Source: an uncultured Bacteroidota bacterium
GTDB lineage: Bacteria > Bacteroidota > Bacteroidia > Bacteroidales > UBA12481
Assembly: GCA_903919925.1 (NCBI GenBank)
Contig: CAIXKO010000623.1
Span: forward strand, 1-60,972
DNA length: 60,972 nucleotides
Direction of reading: 5' to 3'
A model generated the notes under the pieces. The model was not told where the DNA came from. It was given only the letters and a program-made list of their open reading frames with translations, and made no database searches. Positions 18,350-28,262 of the stretch are shown piece by piece. Position 1 is the stretch's first letter. Each line of letters opens with the position of its first letter. The translations under genes and the position numbers were made by a program.

Positions 18350-19987
18350 TTAATAACCATTGTTTTGAGTAAGGAAAGGTGATTTGCTTAATTCGCTTGC
18401 CGGGATAGGCAGATATTCGTGCTTGCCAGCCTGGAACAGGATTCCGGGCTTTTTAGCACGCAGAACAGATTCCAGCCGGTCGGTGCGTTTCAAATCGTAG
18501 AACCTGTCGGCCTCGCCGGCCAGTTCCAGCCTGCGCTCCTGCCAGATATCGGCCAGTACGGCAGCTCCGGTGGAGTTTCTTTGGATGCCCTGCAAGGTTA
18601 CCCTGCCGGCAGCAATAGCCTCACGGAAGGCCCGTTCGCGAACCAGGTTGACCAACCGCAGTGCTTCCCCCTCATTGCCCTGATACCAGGCGGCTTCGGC
18701 CTCCAGGAGCAGGACCTCGGCATATCGGATTAAATGGAAATTTGCTCCGGCAGTGGAATAGTTTTTAGCCAGGGCCTCCCGGTTATACTTCCGGCTGTAA
18801 TAGTTGGCATCGTCAACATTCTCGATATTTTTGGTTTCGGGCCGCTGAGTCAGCCTGTCCACCACACTGTAACCGCAATACCGGTCATACCGGGCCCAGA
18901 AAGTATAGCGTCCCCTGATATCATTCAGGTTCACATAGGAAAGGCTGTCTCCATCCTGATTGTATCCGTATTGATTGGCCAGATCTTCGGTAACGGCGCC
19001 TACCCCAAAGCCAAACTCCATTTTTCGGGAATGATCGGGCTTGCCATTGATGAAAACAAACCTCGGACTCAAATAATGGATGTAACTGTCATTCTCGGAA
19101 CTGAGGGTTTCCTCGAAAACAATGTCAAGAACCACCTCGCTGCTGAATTGACCGGCAACGGTGAAAATGTCTTTAAAGCTGGTATTCAGGTTATATTCAG
19201 CGGAGTTCTCAACTTCTTTGCACAATTGGTATGCCTCGGCCCAGTTGGGGCTCGAAGCGTTTAATTTGGCTTCAGTGATCAGCGTTTTAGCCAGAAAGGC
19301 CTGGGCTGCACCTTTTGAAATCCTGTTTATCTGGGCCGTTCCATATTTGCTCTTGAGGGGCAACAAGGGAATAGCTTCTCGTAAATCACTGAATATCCGG
19401 GTGTAAATTTCACTTTCCGGAGCTCTTTTCTGATTATACCAGTCGGCCTGATCCAGGGTTCTTGTAATCAGAGGCACCGGGCCAAAATTTTTAACCAGGG
19501 TGAAATTGAAATAGGCACGCATAAACTTTGCCTCCGCCTTGTATTGATCTACCAATATTTGCTGCGATGGTGTGAGCTTGATCGTTGCAACTCCTTCAAG
19601 GTACTTATTGATGGTGTTGACTCCCCTGAAACCATACCTCCAGATTGCCGCCGCATGTGAATTGTCGGAATAAATATCGAAGTTGGCGAATCCGGCAGCG
19701 TTGTAAAAATTACCTTCTTCGGATGCCCCACGGGGATTTCCGCCATAATCGATATCGTCCGAACGGATATCCAGAATGAACAGCACCCCTATCGGACGTT
19801 CGGAAACGGGCACCATCTGCAAACTGTTATAGCATCCCACCAGGCCATTCCAGGCGGTTACCGTATCGGTATAATAAGTTTCCAGAGTTGGATTGACCGG
19901 CTCCTTCAGGTCGAGCCAACTCTCACTGCACGACTGTAAAGCGCATCCAAAGAGTAGGGTTATCAGAACTATTTTTACTTTTTTCAT
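18350..19987 (-). CDS. SusD/RagB-family nutrient-binding outer-membrane lipoprotein
   Basis: Lipoprotein signal LLFGCALQSCSESW. 545 aa. RagB/SusD-type core (KFMRAYFNFTLVKNFGPVPLI). Ends LTQNNGY. Its start is 19 nt after the SusC-like stop. Confidence 0.9.
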   Translation of the reverse strand: MKKVKIVLITLLFGCALQSCSESWLDLKEPVNPTLETYYTDTVTAWNGLVGCYNSLQMVPVSERPIGVLFILDIRSDDIDYGGNPRGASEEGNFYNAAGFANFDIYSDNSHAAAIWRYGFRGVNTINKYLEGVATIKLTPSQQILVDQYKAEAKFMRAYFNFTLVKNFGPVPLITRTLDQADWYNQKRAPESEIYTRIFSDLREAIPLLPLKSKYGTAQINRISKGAAQAFLAKTLITEAKLNASSPNWAEAYQLCKEVENSAEYNLNTSFKDIFTVAGQFSSEVVLDIVFEETLSSENDSYIHYLSPRFVFINGKPDHSRKMEFGFGVGAVTEDLANQYGYNQDGDSLSYVNLNDIRGRYTFWARYDRYCGYSVVDRLTQRPETKNIENVDDANYYSRKYNREALAKNYSTAGANFHLIRYAEVLLLEAEAAWYQGNEGEALRLVNLVRERAFREAIAAGRVTLQGIQRNSTGAAVLADIWQERRLELAGEADRFYDLKRTDRLESVLRAKKPGILFQAGKHEYLPIPASELSKSPFLTQNNGY

Positions 19988-20005
19988 CTTGTTTTCCTTT
20001 ATCGA

Positions 20006-23000
20006 TTAAAATGAAAGATTAATCCCGAAAAGAAGGATTCGTGGTTGCGGATAATTGCCGTGATCGACGCCCATATCGAGGCCGCCGCTTCCCCAGCCCA
20101 CGCTTTCAGATACTTCAGGATCAAAGCCGCTGTACTTTGTAAGGGTAAACAGGTTTTGCGCGGTTACATAGATCCTCAGGTTTTGTACCGTTATTTTTTT
20201 GGCCCAGGCTTGCGGAAGGGTATAGCCCAATGTAACCGTTTTTATCCGCAGGAAGGAACCATCCTCAAGCCAGCGGTCGGATAAAATCCGTTCATTGTTG
20301 TTTTGCGAGGATTCACCAAATCGCGGGATATCGGAATTGATATTTTCGGTGGACCAGGAATTGAGAATATCGGGACTTTTATTGGTTACCCATCTGCCCA
20401 TCATCACCCGATAGAGGTTGTTATAGATCATATTACCCTGAAATCCCTGGACGAACAGGTTTAAATCGAAGTTCTTAAAGTAAAAATTCGATGTCAGTCC
20501 GATAACGAACTTCGGCATGGGGCTTCCGAGAACGGTTTGATCATTCACGGTTATGAGCCCGTCTCCGTCGATATCCTTGAACCGGATATCTCCAACCCGG
20601 GCATTCAGCTGAAAGGGTCCACCGGCCAATTCTTCGGTTGAACGGAATATGCCGTCAGTTTTATATCCCCAGAAATCGGCAATTCCTCCGCCCTGAATCG
20701 TACGGGAAACGGCTTCGACACCGATATAATTGGAAAAATTAGGCTTGTCAAGCGCAATGACTTCGGTTTGGATATGGGTGAGGTTTGCACTGAGGTCGAA
20801 GGTAAATTCACCCCCGTACTGCCGGTATCCAATTTCAAATTCCCACCCCTGGTTGGCAATTTTGCCCCCATTGATATCGGGGCCGATGATACCCAGATAG
20901 TCGGGCACCGTACTTTGCATGAGCATACCGACATTATCCTTGAAAAACCAGTCGGCTGTTACGAACAGCTTATTCCTGAAAAAAGATACATCGACTCCAA
21001 TATCAGTGGTTTGAGTGCTTTCCCAGGTCAGCGACCGGTTCCCCGGCTTACCGCCAAACTCTCCGCCGTATCCGGCGCTGATGATACCTGCCGTGACACC
21101 GGCAATAGCTACTTTCGGGTTTCCAAAAGCATAGTTGGCACCGGGCTGGATCGCGGTATTATAGCTGTAATAGCCGATGTTGTTCTGGTTCCCCACCTGT
21201 CCCCATCCCAGCCTGATCTTGGCCATCGACAACCAGTCGATATCTTTCATGAACTTCTCATTCTTGATTTTCCATCCCACCGATACGGCAGGGAAAACTC
21301 CGGACCGGTTGGCAGGTCCGAAACGGGAAGATGCATCCTTACGAACCGATGCGGTGAGTAAAAAGCGTTCATCAAAGGAATAGGTCAACCGGGCCAGGTA
21401 CGAGAACATGCGCCATGCACCTGCACCACCCCAAATGGCCCGGATGGGATCCGATGGGTTGCCGGCGCTCAGGTACTGAAGGTAATCCTGATTGCCCGAA
21501 ATGGCTGAATTGAACCCGCCGATATCGTAAGAACTATTCTGCTCGACTGTTGAACCCGCCATGGCACCGAACGAGTGCTTACCCAGAGTTTTGTTGTAAC
21601 TAAGGGTATTTTCCATCAGCCAATATGTGCTGTGATTATCGGATTGCTTCAATGTGGGAACCAGCTGCCCTTCATTCAAAGATGAGCCTGCCACATTGAA
21701 GGAGGGTAAAAATTCCTTCATTTCCCCCAGGTTATAATCGAGCCCCAGGTTCGACTTGAATTTCAATCCCCCCGGCACGCTGATTTCGAAATACATGTTG
21801 CCGTTCAGCTTCTTATTGTTGTAGGTGTAGTTTGCGCGGTCGCGTATGCCAGCACCGTTAAAAGTCCCGCTGTGGCGCATGTAATTCAGGTTCCCGTCGG
21901 CATCATACGCTGACGTGGAAGGATCGGAGAGTAACGCTGCAATCATGGGGCTTGCCGGAATGTAATTGTATCCGACACCGCCTTCCATCACCCGGTGGCG
22001 CACGGAGTTGCTCAGACTTAAACTCTCGCCGAATTTCAGCCATTTGGTAATGGTATGATCGGAGTTGATGCGGAAATTGGTACGGTTATAATTGGAACTT
22101 TTCACCAGACCGGTTTGAGAGGTATTTCCCACGCTGATCATATAAACCGAATTTTCGTTGCCGCCTGAAACCGATAACTGAACATTGGATGTAGGCGCAG
22201 GATTGAAAATCTCTTTTTGCCAGTCGAAGTCCGGTAAACCTGCAAAAAGGGTTGAATCCTCAAAATCGGGGTAATCGGCCGATCTTTTCCGGTAAGGGCG
22301 CAGCAGATCGTAATATTGTTTGTACTGGTCCTTATTCAATACATCGATACGGTTGGCTTGCGACTGAATCCCGTAATAGCTGTCGAGGGAGATGCGGGGT
22401 TTGCCCGATTTTCCCCGTTTGGTAGTGATCAGAACCACTCCGTTCGATCCCCGGGAGCCATAAATGGCGGCGGAGGAGGCATCCTTCAATATTTGTATCG
22501 ATTCTATATCCCCCGGATTCAGGGAGTTTATACCAAAACTGTTGTCCCCGGCGCCTGAAGCCATGGGCATTCCATCGACCACATACAATGGTTTTGCGTC
22601 CCCCGTGGTAACAATCCCCCTGATCTTTACTGAAACCGAGGAGCCGGGCGCACCGGTGTTCGTCATAACCTGCACGCCGGCTGCTTTCCCCTGCAAAAGG
22701 GCATCGGTGGATATTGTGGGAATGCCCTTGATATCTTTTGCGGAGATACTGGAAATGGACGAGGTAAAATCCTGCTTTTTCTGAGTACCGTATCCGATGA
22801 TGGCAACTTCATTCAGCCCAATAACATTTTCCACCAGTGCAATATTCATGGCCGAGGTGGTGTTGGCAGGTAACTCAATCGTTTCGTATCCAACATAACG
22901 TATGGCCAAAATAGCCTTGTTATCGGGTACCTGCAGCGAAAACTCTCCATAGGCATCGGTTGTGGTACCCGTTAAAGTGCCTTTTACTGTAATACTGGCT

Positions 23001-23188
23001 CCGATGATGGGTTGCCCCGTCTTTTTATCGGTAATTTTTCCAAATACCTTCCTTTCCTGTAGCAGAGGGCTACTAAAGTCAGGTACAACGGCTGAAACAG
23101 ACAGCATATTGCTCAGCGTAAATATCATCAGCAGAAAAAGCATGGCCGGCAGCATCCTGTTTCCCGACCGCAAAACTTGTTTACTCAT
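20006..23188 (-). CDS. SusC/RagA-family TonB-dependent outer-membrane transporter
   Basis: CarboxypepD_reg-like GKITDKKTGQPIIGASITVKGT. Plug YGTQKKQDFTSSISSISAKDI...LLQGKAAGVQV...PLYVVDGMP. 1060 aa. Barrel terminus LLFGINLSF. Confidence 0.92.
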   Translation of the reverse strand: MSKQVLRSGNRMLPAMLFLLMIFTLSNMLSVSAVVPDFSSPLLQERKVFGKITDKKTGQPIIGASITVKGTLTGTTTDAYGEFSLQVPDNKAILAIRYVGYETIELPANTTSAMNIALVENVIGLNEVAIIGYGTQKKQDFTSSISSISAKDIKGIPTISTDALLQGKAAGVQVMTNTGAPGSSVSVKIRGIVTTGDAKPLYVVDGMPMASGAGDNSFGINSLNPGDIESIQILKDASSAAIYGSRGSNGVVLITTKRGKSGKPRISLDSYYGIQSQANRIDVLNKDQYKQYYDLLRPYRKRSADYPDFEDSTLFAGLPDFDWQKEIFNPAPTSNVQLSVSGGNENSVYMISVGNTSQTGLVKSSNYNRTNFRINSDHTITKWLKFGESLSLSNSVRHRVMEGGVGYNYIPASPMIAALLSDPSTSAYDADGNLNYMRHSGTFNGAGIRDRANYTYNNKKLNGNMYFEISVPGGLKFKSNLGLDYNLGEMKEFLPSFNVAGSSLNEGQLVPTLKQSDNHSTYWLMENTLSYNKTLGKHSFGAMAGSTVEQNSSYDIGGFNSAISGNQDYLQYLSAGNPSDPIRAIWGGAGAWRMFSYLARLTYSFDERFLLTASVRKDASSRFGPANRSGVFPAVSVGWKIKNEKFMKDIDWLSMAKIRLGWGQVGNQNNIGYYSYNTAIQPGANYAFGNPKVAIAGVTAGIISAGYGGEFGGKPGNRSLTWESTQTTDIGVDVSFFRNKLFVTADWFFKDNVGMLMQSTVPDYLGIIGPDINGGKIANQGWEFEIGYRQYGGEFTFDLSANLTHIQTEVIALDKPNFSNYIGVEAVSRTIQGGGIADFWGYKTDGIFRSTEELAGGPFQLNARVGDIRFKDIDGDGLITVNDQTVLGSPMPKFVIGLTSNFYFKNFDLNLFVQGFQGNMIYNNLYRVMMGRWVTNKSPDILNSWSTENINSDIPRFGESSQNNNERILSDRWLEDGSFLRIKTVTLGYTLPQAWAKKITVQNLRIYVTAQNLFTLTKYSGFDPEVSESVGWGSGGLDMGVDHGNYPQPRILLFGINLSF

Positions 23189-23330
23189 AATAGCTTCTCC
23201 CTATTTTACTAAATTCCGAAGCGACAAACATAGAGAACTCTATAGCCACCAGAGAGTAAAAAATGGGGATAAGTATGGGCAAAAACATTGATGTGGTTCT
23301 CCAGGGTTTATCTGAAAAAAGTTGCACCCC

Positions 23331-23398
23331 GATTTTTTTACCCCTATTAACAAGAATTTTAGCCTCCCTCATCCCGGCATCCATCTACTTTTGAAACC
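23331..23398 (+). promoter_or_regulatory. Copy A of a conserved upstream element (candidate promoter/operator) in front of GH39
   Basis: gatttttttacccctattaacaagaattttagcctccctcatcccggcatccatctacttttgaaacc aligns with copies at 28175 and 30554. It contains a perfect Bacteroidota -7 box TAnnTTTG (TACTTTTG, 23386-23393) 39 nt before the ATG. Confidence 0.5.
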
Positions 23399-23431
23399 TT
23401 AAAATGGATAAGGTTCCGTAATTCTCAAATC

Positions 23432-25060
23432 ATGAAAAGAGTAATCTTTCTGTTGGCAATCGCCTGTTTTCAATTAGCTGATGGCATAGGCCAATCCTCT
23501 GTTTTACGGGTACAGGAACCATCGGAAAAGCAGCAACTGAACATGCCCTGGAGAAACTGTATTGCCGTGGGGCGGGCGCAGAATCTGCTGAGAGCCGATC
23601 TTCTGAAACATATGGAATATGCGCAGAAAATTATGGGATACCGATATTGCCGGTTTCATGCTATTTTCGATGATCAGCTGAATGTGGTCAACCGCGATCC
23701 TAAAACCGGCAGGCTGTTCTTTCAGTGGCACGAGACCGATCAGATATATGACGCCCTGCTGAAACTGGGTATCCGGCCATTTGTGGAATTGAATCCGATG
23801 CCTCAGGTGCTGGCATCGGGCACCCAAACCATGTTCGATTATAAAATGAACGTAACCCCTCCAAAGTCTTATGATGAATGGGGTTACCTTATTGAAAGCT
23901 TTACCCGTCACCTGGTGGAAAGGTATGGATTGGAGGAAGTACGCAAATGGTATTTCGAAGTTTGGAACGAACCCAATCTGGGAGCTTTCTGGTCGGGATC
24001 GCAGAACGATTACTGGAGATTGTATGAATCAAGCGCAAGGGCTATCAAGCGGGTGGATGCAAAGCTTAGGGTTGGCGGGCCGGCTTCTTCAAAAGCCAAC
24101 TGGGTAAAGGAAATTATCAGCTATACCAGCAAAAATAAAATCCCGCTCGACTTTGTTTCAACCCATTTATATGCACAGGATGAGCAAGTAGAATTTCCTG
24201 ATCGGAAAGGAAGTCCATATAAAGTAGGAGACTATTTTTCTGCTACCATAAAAGAAGTGGAGAAATGGGTGAAGGCATCGGAGCGGCCCGATCTGGAGAT
24301 TCATTGGACAGAATGGAATTCCCAGTCAGCAGCTTCCGCTGAGAAAATTACCTGGGGCGATAATATTTATGTGGACAACTTGTATGCTGCATCTTTCATT
24401 GTACGCAATTGCATTGAGGTTGATAAAGTTTGTAATACATTGACATATTGGGTTTTGAGTGATATTTTTGATGAGGGGGGAATTCCGCATACCCCATACT
24501 CCACCCGATATGGATTGCTCAGCATTTACGGTATTCCCAAAGCTTCGTTCAATGCCTTCCGGCTGCTTCGGAAAATGGAAGGAACTATCATGAAAGTAGG
24601 TACCGATAAACCTATACCCAATGGTAAAGGATTATTGGTTACCAGGGAACTTGGGCTGACTAAAATCTTGCTGTGGAATCAGAATTTTGTTGAAGTAAAA
24701 GAGCATACCGATTGGGACGGCAGGGTGGAAATACCAACGGAAAATGATAGCATTCTGAACGCCGTCAATATTTCCATCGGCATCGGAAAAGGCAGTCCCT
24801 GGGAAAGCTGGCAGCAAATGGGAAGGCCGGATAATCCAACCCCAACGCAGATTGAGTACCTGTGGAACCAGTCGGAACCAGCTTTTTCATTCATCAGGCA
24901 GGAGGTAAAAAAAGGAATTGCTTCATTCCCTTTTCGCCTGAAGCCAGGTGAAGTGCAGTATTTCGAGATTGCGGCACCCGGGCAGGCTGTAAACTCTAAA
25001 TACGTGAACCCGGAGGAGTTTGTGATTTGGGACAAAGGGATGGGCGAGAGGACAAAATAG
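23432..25060 (+). CDS. Glycoside hydrolase family 39 (Sec signal peptide)
   Basis: MKRVIFLLAIACFQLADG signal. VRKWYFEVWNEPNLGAFW (GH39 acid/base NEP motif). LRVGGPASS. IHWTEWNS (nucleophile region). Paralogue of 40381..42003. Confidence 0.85.
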   Translation: MKRVIFLLAIACFQLADGIGQSSVLRVQEPSEKQQLNMPWRNCIAVGRAQNLLRADLLKHMEYAQKIMGYRYCRFHAIFDDQLNVVNRDPKTGRLFFQWHETDQIYDALLKLGIRPFVELNPMPQVLASGTQTMFDYKMNVTPPKSYDEWGYLIESFTRHLVERYGLEEVRKWYFEVWNEPNLGAFWSGSQNDYWRLYESSARAIKRVDAKLRVGGPASSKANWVKEIISYTSKNKIPLDFVSTHLYAQDEQVEFPDRKGSPYKVGDYFSATIKEVEKWVKASERPDLEIHWTEWNSQSAASAEKITWGDNIYVDNLYAASFIVRNCIEVDKVCNTLTYWVLSDIFDEGGIPHTPYSTRYGLLSIYGIPKASFNAFRLLRKMEGTIMKVGTDKPIPNGKGLLVTRELGLTKILLWNQNFVEVKEHTDWDGRVEIPTENDSILNAVNISIGIGKGSPWESWQQMGRPDNPTPTQIEYLWNQSEPAFSFIRQEVKKGIASFPFRLKPGEVQYFEIAAPGQAVNSKYVNPEEFVIWDKGMGERTK

Positions 25061-25077
25061 GTAGGCAGTCCGCCAAA

Positions 25078-25290
25078 GGGTATGACCGAATGAACGCGGT
25101 AGGGGCAGAAAATCTTCTGCCCAACATGGTGACTGGAATGAACGCGGTAGGGGCAGAAAATCTTCTGCCCAACATGGTGACGGGAATGAACGCGGTAGGG
25201 GCAGAAAATCTTCTGCCCAACATGGTCACTGGAATGAACGCGGTAGGGGCAGAAAATCTTCTGCCCCTACATGGTCACTGGAATGAACCC
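25078..25290 (+). repeat. Tandem array, 4.2 x 48-bp units, each with GTAG + palindrome (REP-like)
   Basis: Units start at 25088, 25136, 25184 and 25232, with a partial unit at 25281. Unit: gaatgaacgcggtaggggcagaaaatcttctgccc(c)tacatggtgactg. Unit 4 carries a perfect 12-bp stem GTAGGGGCAGAA/TTCTGCCCCTAC with loop AATC. Units 1-3 have an 8-bp stem. Confidence 0.9.
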
Positions 25291-25378
25291 CTTAGGTTGA
25301 CGGCAATGGGGGCAGGGGAGCGATCCCAAATAAAGTTGCTGAAATTCAAAAAATTACAACCAATAACCGATATCTGAA

Positions 25379-27466
25379 ATGCCTGAATTAAAACTCTCAA
25401 ACAAACACTTTACCCTGAAGTTCCCCGGAAACACCGTGTTTTTCGAGTATTGGATAAACGGTTCAAGCAGACCCTTTTGCTTCTCTTTTCCGGTTTTTGA
25501 GATCGGGGGAATAACAGCGCAAATCAGGATCGATCATTGGGAAAAGCCCATCCTGGTGGAAGAATTTTCCAATGGGGTGATTGAATATTCATTATGCGGG
25601 ATTTCCACCTTGCCGGACCTGTGGATTCAACTGTACATCCGTATAGCCAATAACAACCCGATTGTCCGGTTCCGGTATGAATTGTTTTCGGACAAGCTAT
25701 GCCGGCTGACAAAAAACCTATCATCCGGCGGAATTACCTATTTTGGGCTGAACCTCTCTGAATTTGATCGATTCAGAGAAGTGCGCCTATCGGAATTCAA
25801 TGAAATGGTTCATTCCAACCATCTCACGGAATGTGAAATCGATGATTCGTGGTTTGAATCCGGCAGTTCGATCATGGGACCCATATTCATTTCGATGGGT
25901 AAAAACAGATCGTTTCTCCTTGCATACGAACACGGGTCGCAATATCCTGACCGGTTTCTGGAGTTTCAGTTATACCCCTATCGCAGCCTGGCTCTTAAAG
26001 CAGTAAAAGCCAATTATCTGCACAATCAAACCATTGGAGGGGAAATACCTTTTGAGACCGTTTGGTTTGAGGCCGGCGGAGTATCAGGCGATGAGAACAA
26101 GCTGGCAGCTGAATACCGGGACTTTATTCATCGTTATATCTGCATCAACCAGGAGAGCCGGAAGCCTTATATTTTCTACAATACCTGGGGAAGGCAGGAA
26201 AAGATCAAATGGGCCGGGGAACGATATCTGACCAGCATGAATCTGGAATATACCCTTAAAGAAATCGACCGGGCATATGAGCTTGGGATCGAGGTGTATG
26301 TATTGGATACGGGCTGGTATAACAAAACAGGCGACTGGAGGGTCAATCTCACACTTTTTCCCGATAACCTGCAACTGATCAGGGGGAAATTGTTGGGATA
26401 TGGTATGAAGCTGGGATTATGGTTTAATCCAACAACAGCAGCCATTTCCAGTGACATGTTAATGAAAAACGAAAAGTTCAGGGTTACCCAAGGAGGAAAT
26501 CGCGATGAGCCATACGAGGTGTGGGAAACGGAGAAAAGCGTGGGGTTATGCCTGGTTAGCCCCTATTGGGAAGATTTTGCTGACCGGCTGACCCAACTGG
26601 TAAAGGAAACCGGAGTTACCTATTTTAAGTGGGATGCCATTTGGCAATATGGTTGCGATGCGCCGGGGCATTTTCATGGAGATGAGCATTGTACGGAGCA
26701 CGATCGGAAGGACCGGTATGCCTATATGCTTCCAATATATATGTCGAAAGTGATTGAAAAAGTGACCCGTAATTGCCCGGATGCGATTTTTGATTTCGAT
26801 ATTACCGAGGAGGGCAGATGCGTGGGGCTGCAGTTTTTGGCGCATGGAAAATACTTTGCCATTAATAACGGACCCTACTACCACAATTTTGATGTGAGTG
26901 AGCAGTGGAAAAGCCCGACTGCTGACGGCAACCCTAATATCTTTGTAAATCCGGGCCCTGCCAGAGGCTGGTTTACCCGGTCGGTTCTGGATTACGATAA
27001 ATGGATTCCATCGGTCCTATTTCTGACTCATTATTACCCTTATGAACCGGCATCCTCGCAGATGCAGAACCTGGCTTCCCTGATGCTGGGACAGAACGGG
27101 ATATGGGGTGAAATTAACAGCCTGCCTGCGGCGAGTGTCAACCTGATTCACCGGCACCTGGCTTATTACAAACAAGTGCGTGAGGATATTACCTTCAGTA
27201 CCCTGGTTCAAAAGGGTCGGCCGGGAGACAGTTGCGAGTGGTATGAGAAAATCAATGCGCAAACGGGAAAGGGGGTACTGGTTATGTTTGGCAATACCGG
27301 AGGTGTTTACCATTACATTACCTCCGCTTCGGTAAATCGGGAAGTTATATTTCCCGATTCGGTATCCGTCCGGTTTGATTCAAAAGGCAGGGCAGTGGTT
27401 AAAGTATTTTGCAAAGAAAAGGAGGCTGTGATAATCTATTTTGGGGTTAAAGATTCAGAACGCTGA
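25379..27466 (+). CDS. Clan GH-D-like (GH36/GH27 melibiase-like) glycoside hydrolase, no signal peptide
   Basis: The central TIM-barrel-like region YIFYNTWGRQ...IEVYVLDTGWYNKTGDWRVNLTLFPDNLQLIRGKLLGYGMKLGLWFNP...YFKWDAI follows the D-x-GW...GDW...FP...GxKxGLW...KWD layout of melibiase-type enzymes. The N-terminus MPELKLSNKHF is not hydrophobic. Family assignment is tentative. Confidence 0.45.
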   Translation: MPELKLSNKHFTLKFPGNTVFFEYWINGSSRPFCFSFPVFEIGGITAQIRIDHWEKPILVEEFSNGVIEYSLCGISTLPDLWIQLYIRIANNNPIVRFRYELFSDKLCRLTKNLSSGGITYFGLNLSEFDRFREVRLSEFNEMVHSNHLTECEIDDSWFESGSSIMGPIFISMGKNRSFLLAYEHGSQYPDRFLEFQLYPYRSLALKAVKANYLHNQTIGGEIPFETVWFEAGGVSGDENKLAAEYRDFIHRYICINQESRKPYIFYNTWGRQEKIKWAGERYLTSMNLEYTLKEIDRAYELGIEVYVLDTGWYNKTGDWRVNLTLFPDNLQLIRGKLLGYGMKLGLWFNPTTAAISSDMLMKNEKFRVTQGGNRDEPYEVWETEKSVGLCLVSPYWEDFADRLTQLVKETGVTYFKWDAIWQYGCDAPGHFHGDEHCTEHDRKDRYAYMLPIYMSKVIEKVTRNCPDAIFDFDITEEGRCVGLQFLAHGKYFAINNGPYYHNFDVSEQWKSPTADGNPNIFVNPGPARGWFTRSVLDYDKWIPSVLFLTHYYPYEPASSQMQNLASLMLGQNGIWGEINSLPAASVNLIHRHLAYYKQVREDITFSTLVQKGRPGDSCEWYEKINAQTGKGVLVMFGNTGGVYHYITSASVNREVIFPDSVSVRFDSKGRAVVKVFCKEKEAVIIYFGVKDSER

Positions 27467-27505
27467 TGAAACCTGTTGTTATGATAAACAAAAACATAAG
27501 ATCCA

Positions 27506-27922
27506 ATGAAACCTATTAAAAATCAATTTTGGCTTATCGTTTCAGTTATCTTGTTTACTGCCTGCAATACTGCCGGTATTAAAAGTGAAAAACCCGATTC
27601 CATTCCCGATCGCCTGAAATGGTTCAACAACGCCAAGTTCGGCATGATTATCCATTGGGGCCCCTATGCCGGCAAAGTAGATGATGCATCGTGGCCGGTG
27701 ATGCTGAACCAGATATCAGAAGAAGAATATTCGAAGTTTCCTGAAACGTTCAATCCGGGTAAATTCAACCCCGATGAGTGGGTGAAACTCGCTCAGGAAG
27801 CCGGTCAGCGGTACATGGTTTTTACTGCCAAGCACACCGATGGATTTTGCATGTTTGATACCAAACTCCTGAACAGTTTATTCCCACAGGTATACCAACA
27901 AAATCATCAGGAGTTAACCTGA
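27506..27922 (+). pseudogene. Truncated GH29 alpha-L-fucosidase (N-terminal ~120 aa only)
   Basis: Lipoprotein signal ...VILFTACNTAG, then RLKWFNNAKFGMIIHWGPYA and GQRYMVFTAKHTDGFCMFDTKL (GH29 hallmarks). Similarity is lost after ~27870 and the ORF stops at 138 aa. The intact GH29 at 38879..40246 is 455 aa. Confidence 0.7.
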
Positions 27923-28096
27923 TCGGATTGAATTACGAGAACAATGTTCATCTTCAAATTTCTCAATCAGTATACCCAATAATTCCGCCTCGTCGCCTTC
28001 AGGGGTATCAACCGGCGCATCAAATATTACCTCTAGCCTTTTAAGAGCCTGCTGATATTCTTCTTCCGATTTTATTAATCTCGCTTCCAAGTCCAT
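27914..28096 (-). pseudogene. N-terminal remnant of a HigA-type antitoxin (HTH domain missing)
   Basis: MDLEARLIKSEEEYQQALKRLEVIFDAPVDTPEGDEAELLGILIEKFEDEH matches the conserved N-terminal helix pair of HigA-family antitoxins. The ORF ends 9 codons later without the C-terminal HTH. No HigB-like ORF is adjacent. Confidence 0.55.
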
Positions 28097-28174
28097 TAAA
28101 TCCTGGCTACAACTTTGTTTATTTTTAAAATTGTCAAGGCAAAGATAGCAGTATGTTACCAATTTGGTAATCAT

Positions 28175-28262
28175 GATTTTTTTACCCCTTTTCACAAGAT
28201 TTTTCATCCTTCTCCTGATTTGCCACAGTCTATCTTTCGGGGTCTGATCAAACTGCAGAAAA
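28175..28262 (+). promoter_or_regulatory. Copy B of the conserved upstream element, in front of GH92
   Basis: gatttttttaccccttttcacaagatttttcatccttctcctgatttgccacagtctatctttcggggtctgatcaaactgcagaaaa. It has a -7-like TATCTTTC at 28231-28238, 41 nt before ATG 28280. Confidence 0.5.

Noticed and set aside
23181-23384. Similar antisense peptides (MREAKILVNRGKK, DRLWQIRRRMKNLVKRGKK, DRLREIRGGMKILAKKGKK) in ORFs 23181..23384, 27914..28309 and 30301..30633. These suggested a small conserved protein.
   Set aside because: The similarity spans only ~20 codons. ORF boundaries and flanks are unrelated, and the conserved DNA always keeps a fixed orientation and distance to a downstream plus-strand start. 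It is better explained as a conserved non-coding upstream element.
25078-25290. A possible CRISPR array (regular ~48-bp periodicity with palindromic cores). The same question applies to 38715-38858.
   Set aside because: There are no unique spacers, because the whole 48-bp unit repeats. There are only 3-4 units, no cas genes in the window, and no leader-like asymmetry.
25027-25377. A 116-aa ORF with the repeated peptide GMNAVGAENLLPNMVT.
   Set aside because: It is simply the translation of the 48-bp tandem DNA repeat. It overlaps the GH39 3' end, and the periodicity lies in the DNA (hairpins), not in a protein-like pattern.
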